Shown piece after piece: positions 62,050 to 64,000 of a stretch of DNA of 64,000 nucleotides (its first letter is position 1; each line of letters opens with the position of its first letter). Below the pieces are notes generated by a model. That model saw only the letters and a program-made list of their open reading frames with translations, had not been told where the DNA came from and did not search any database. The DNA is taken from positions 2,784,001 to 2,848,000 of the forward strand of contig OZ252244.1 of assembly GCA_965249575.1 (NCBI GenBank), read 5' to 3'. Origin of the DNA: Gemmatimonadales bacterium. Lineage in GTDB: Bacteria; Gemmatimonadota; Gemmatimonadetes; Gemmatimonadales; GWC2-71-9. The translations under genes and the position numbers were made by a program.

Positions 62050-63756
62050 ATGAAAACCGTCGGCTCCCATCTGGCTGCGCTCGTCGTGGGCGACGGCAAG
62101 CTCCAGCGGCAGCTCGTACCGTTCGGGAAGTACATCGCCCTCCTCGTTACGGTCATCTTGCTCTACGGATGGCTGTTTCACGTAATCATGGCGTGGGAAG
62201 GCCAGCGGCATACCTGGTTCACGGGCATCTACTGGGCGCTGACCGTGATGAGCACGCTCGGCTTCGGCGACATCACGTTCGAGAGCGATCTGGGACGCGT
62301 GTTCAGCTCGATCGTGCTGCTGAGCGGAGTGGTACTCCTCCTCATCATCCTCCCCTTCCTGTTCATCCGGTTCGTGTACGCCCCATGGCTTGAGCAGCGG
62401 AGTCGCAGCCGCATACGGGCGCTCCAGTCGGTGCCGGCCAAGGTCGCGGGCCACGTGCTGATCTGCGCCAACGATCCCATCGCCCTCGGGCTCATCCGCC
62501 GGCTCGAGCTGGCGGGCGTGCCCGCGTACGTGATCGAGCCCGATGCCGACCTCGCGGTTCGCATGCAGGATGCCGGCCTACGGGTCTTGACCGGCGAAAT
62601 CGACGCCGTCGAGACCTACCGAGCGGCCGGCGCGGAACGGGCGCGCTTGGTCCTGGCCAACGCAACCGATACGGTCAACTCCAACATCGGCCTCACGGTC
62701 CGCGAGCTGTCCGAGTCCGTGCCGCTCGTGGCGCTGGCCGCCGCGGAGGATTCCATCGACGTCCTCGAGCTGAGCGGGGCCACGCACGTGCTGCCCCTCA
62801 CGCGGCAGCTCGGCGAGCACCTGGCCAACCGGGTGAGTGCGGGGACGGCGCACGCGAACGTCATCGGCAAGTTTCACGACCTCCTGCTCGCCGAGTTTCC
62901 GGTGCACAACACGCCGCTGCAGGGTCGGACGATCAGGGACACGCGGCTACGCGAGTTCACCGGGGTGACGATCGTCGGCGTGTGGGAGCGCGGGCGGCTG
63001 GAGCCCGCGCGGCCGGATCTCGGGTTGTCGCCGCTCAGCGTGCCGGTCGCGATCGGTACGCCCGAGCAGATCGAGGAGCTGAACGACGTGCTCGTGATCT
63101 ACGATGCCAATCCCAATCCGGTGCTCATCATCGGTGGCGGCAAGGTGGGACGCGCCGCCGCCCGGGCGCTCAAGCGGCGGGAGATCGCCGTGCATATCGT
63201 GGAACGGAAGGCGGAGCTCAAAGCCAAGATCGCCGGCATTCCCGACCGGCTGTTTCTGGGAGATGCGGCCGACCGGCACGTGCTCGACGAGGCAGGGATC
63301 GCTGATGCGCCGTCGATCCTGCTGACGACGCACGACGACGCGATGAACGTGTACCTGACGGTCTATTGCCGGCGGCTCAATCCCGACGCGCGTATCCTTA
63401 CGCGGGTCACCCACGAGCGGAACGTCGAGGCCATTCAGCGGGCCGGGGCTGACTTCGTTCTGAGCTACGCGTCATTCGGAGTGCAGACGGTGTTCTCGAT
63501 TGTCCACGGGCGCGAGCTCGTCATGCTGGGGGAGGGCGTAGACCTCTTTTATGTACCGCTCCCGGCATCACTCGCGGACAAGACCCTTGCCCAAGCCGAG
63601 ATCGGTGCCCGCACGGGCCTCAATGTGATCGCCCTCCAGGAAAACGGGCAGATCGTCGCCGACCTGACGGCGGATAGGCCGTTGGCCAAGGGCTCGGCGT
63701 TGGTCGCTTTGGGCAGCGCGGAGCAACGGGAGCGCTTCGGCGGAGTTTACTCTTGA
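62050..63756 (+). CDS. Potassium channel with TrkA-N/TrkA-C (RCK) domains
   Basis: TVMSTLGFGDI pore motif; IIGGGKVG; two RCK pairs. Confidence 0.92.
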   Translation: MKTVGSHLAALVVGDGKLQRQLVPFGKYIALLVTVILLYGWLFHVIMAWEGQRHTWFTGIYWALTVMSTLGFGDITFESDLGRVFSSIVLLSGVVLLLIILPFLFIRFVYAPWLEQRSRSRIRALQSVPAKVAGHVLICANDPIALGLIRRLELAGVPAYVIEPDADLAVRMQDAGLRVLTGEIDAVETYRAAGAERARLVLANATDTVNSNIGLTVRELSESVPLVALAAAEDSIDVLELSGATHVLPLTRQLGEHLANRVSAGTAHANVIGKFHDLLLAEFPVHNTPLQGRTIRDTRLREFTGVTIVGVWERGRLEPARPDLGLSPLSVPVAIGTPEQIEELNDVLVIYDANPNPVLIIGGGKVGRAAARALKRREIAVHIVERKAELKAKIAGIPDRLFLGDAADRHVLDEAGIADAPSILLTTHDDAMNVYLTVYCRRLNPDARILTRVTHERNVEAIQRAGADFVLSYASFGVQTVFSIVHGRELVMLGEGVDLFYVPLPASLADKTLAQAEIGARTGLNVIALQENGQIVADLTADRPLAKGSALVALGSAEQRERFGGVYS

Positions 63757-63797
63757 AGGACCGCGATCAAGCAGCGGCCGGCTCGGGACCGGACTAG

Positions 63798-64000
63798 GTG
63801 CCGAGCACCGACCCGCCACTCATTCACGAGCTGATCGACCGCCGGGCCCGGCAGAACCGGGATGACCCGTTCTGCTACTTCGAAGACGACGTCATCACCT
63901 TCGGTATGCTGGACGAGGAGTCCGGACGACTCGCGAGTGGTTTGGCCGAGGTCGGGGTCGGCGCGAATGACCGAGTGGCGGTCATGCTTCCAAACCATCC
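63798..64000 (+). CDS. AMP-binding CoA ligase, partial (runs off window)
   Basis: GTG start; ITFGMLDEESGRLASGL..VGVG.NDRVAVMLPN. Confidence 0.75.
   Translation, partial: MPSTDPPLIHELIDRRARQNRDDPFCYFEDDVITFGMLDEESGRLASGLAEVGVGANDRVAVMLPNH

Overview
GC-rich bacterial DNA, most likely Gemmatimonadota. The evidence is the typical 'M..L.RL..ALADRYRIERELGAGGMATVYLA' Ser/Thr kinase family, the style of the SusC/SusD-like genes and the GroEL N-terminus; the taxonomy is an inference. Positions ~1-35.2 kb and ~51-57 kb form a heavily rearranged, island-like mosaic. There, intact genes (many stress-related: groES/EL with a CIRCE box, a 1-Cys peroxiredoxin, an osmoprotectant ABC transporter, an ECF sigma factor, a sigma54 activator) sit among about 30 gene remnants. 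Two recurring non-gene structures organise this mosaic. (1) The 3' end of tRNA-Pro(GGG) occurs five times (three ~42-bp copies, two ~20-bp copies), plus one tRNA-Ile 3' end. They come with terminators, 11-12-bp-period arm-type direct repeats, a twice-repeated ~76-bp triple-hairpin mini-element and a frameshifted tyrosine integrase. (2) There are nine 5' stubs and at least five 3' tails of one Ser/Thr kinase-TolB family. These include three co-oriented tail-to-head junctions (TGA overlapping the next start) that bracket unrelated cargo genes like cassette borders. Positions 35.3-51 kb and 57.5-64 kb are intact: a probable oxalate-CoA ligase/PanE pair, an Nramp transporter, an LVIVD-amidohydrolase-GGT-SusCD locus, a GH3, one full-length kinase, a K+ channel and a partial CoA ligase. 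No CRISPR array, rRNA or complete tRNA was seen. Misassembly cannot be excluded as a cause of part of the mosaic. All family calls come from motif recognition by eye, without database searches.
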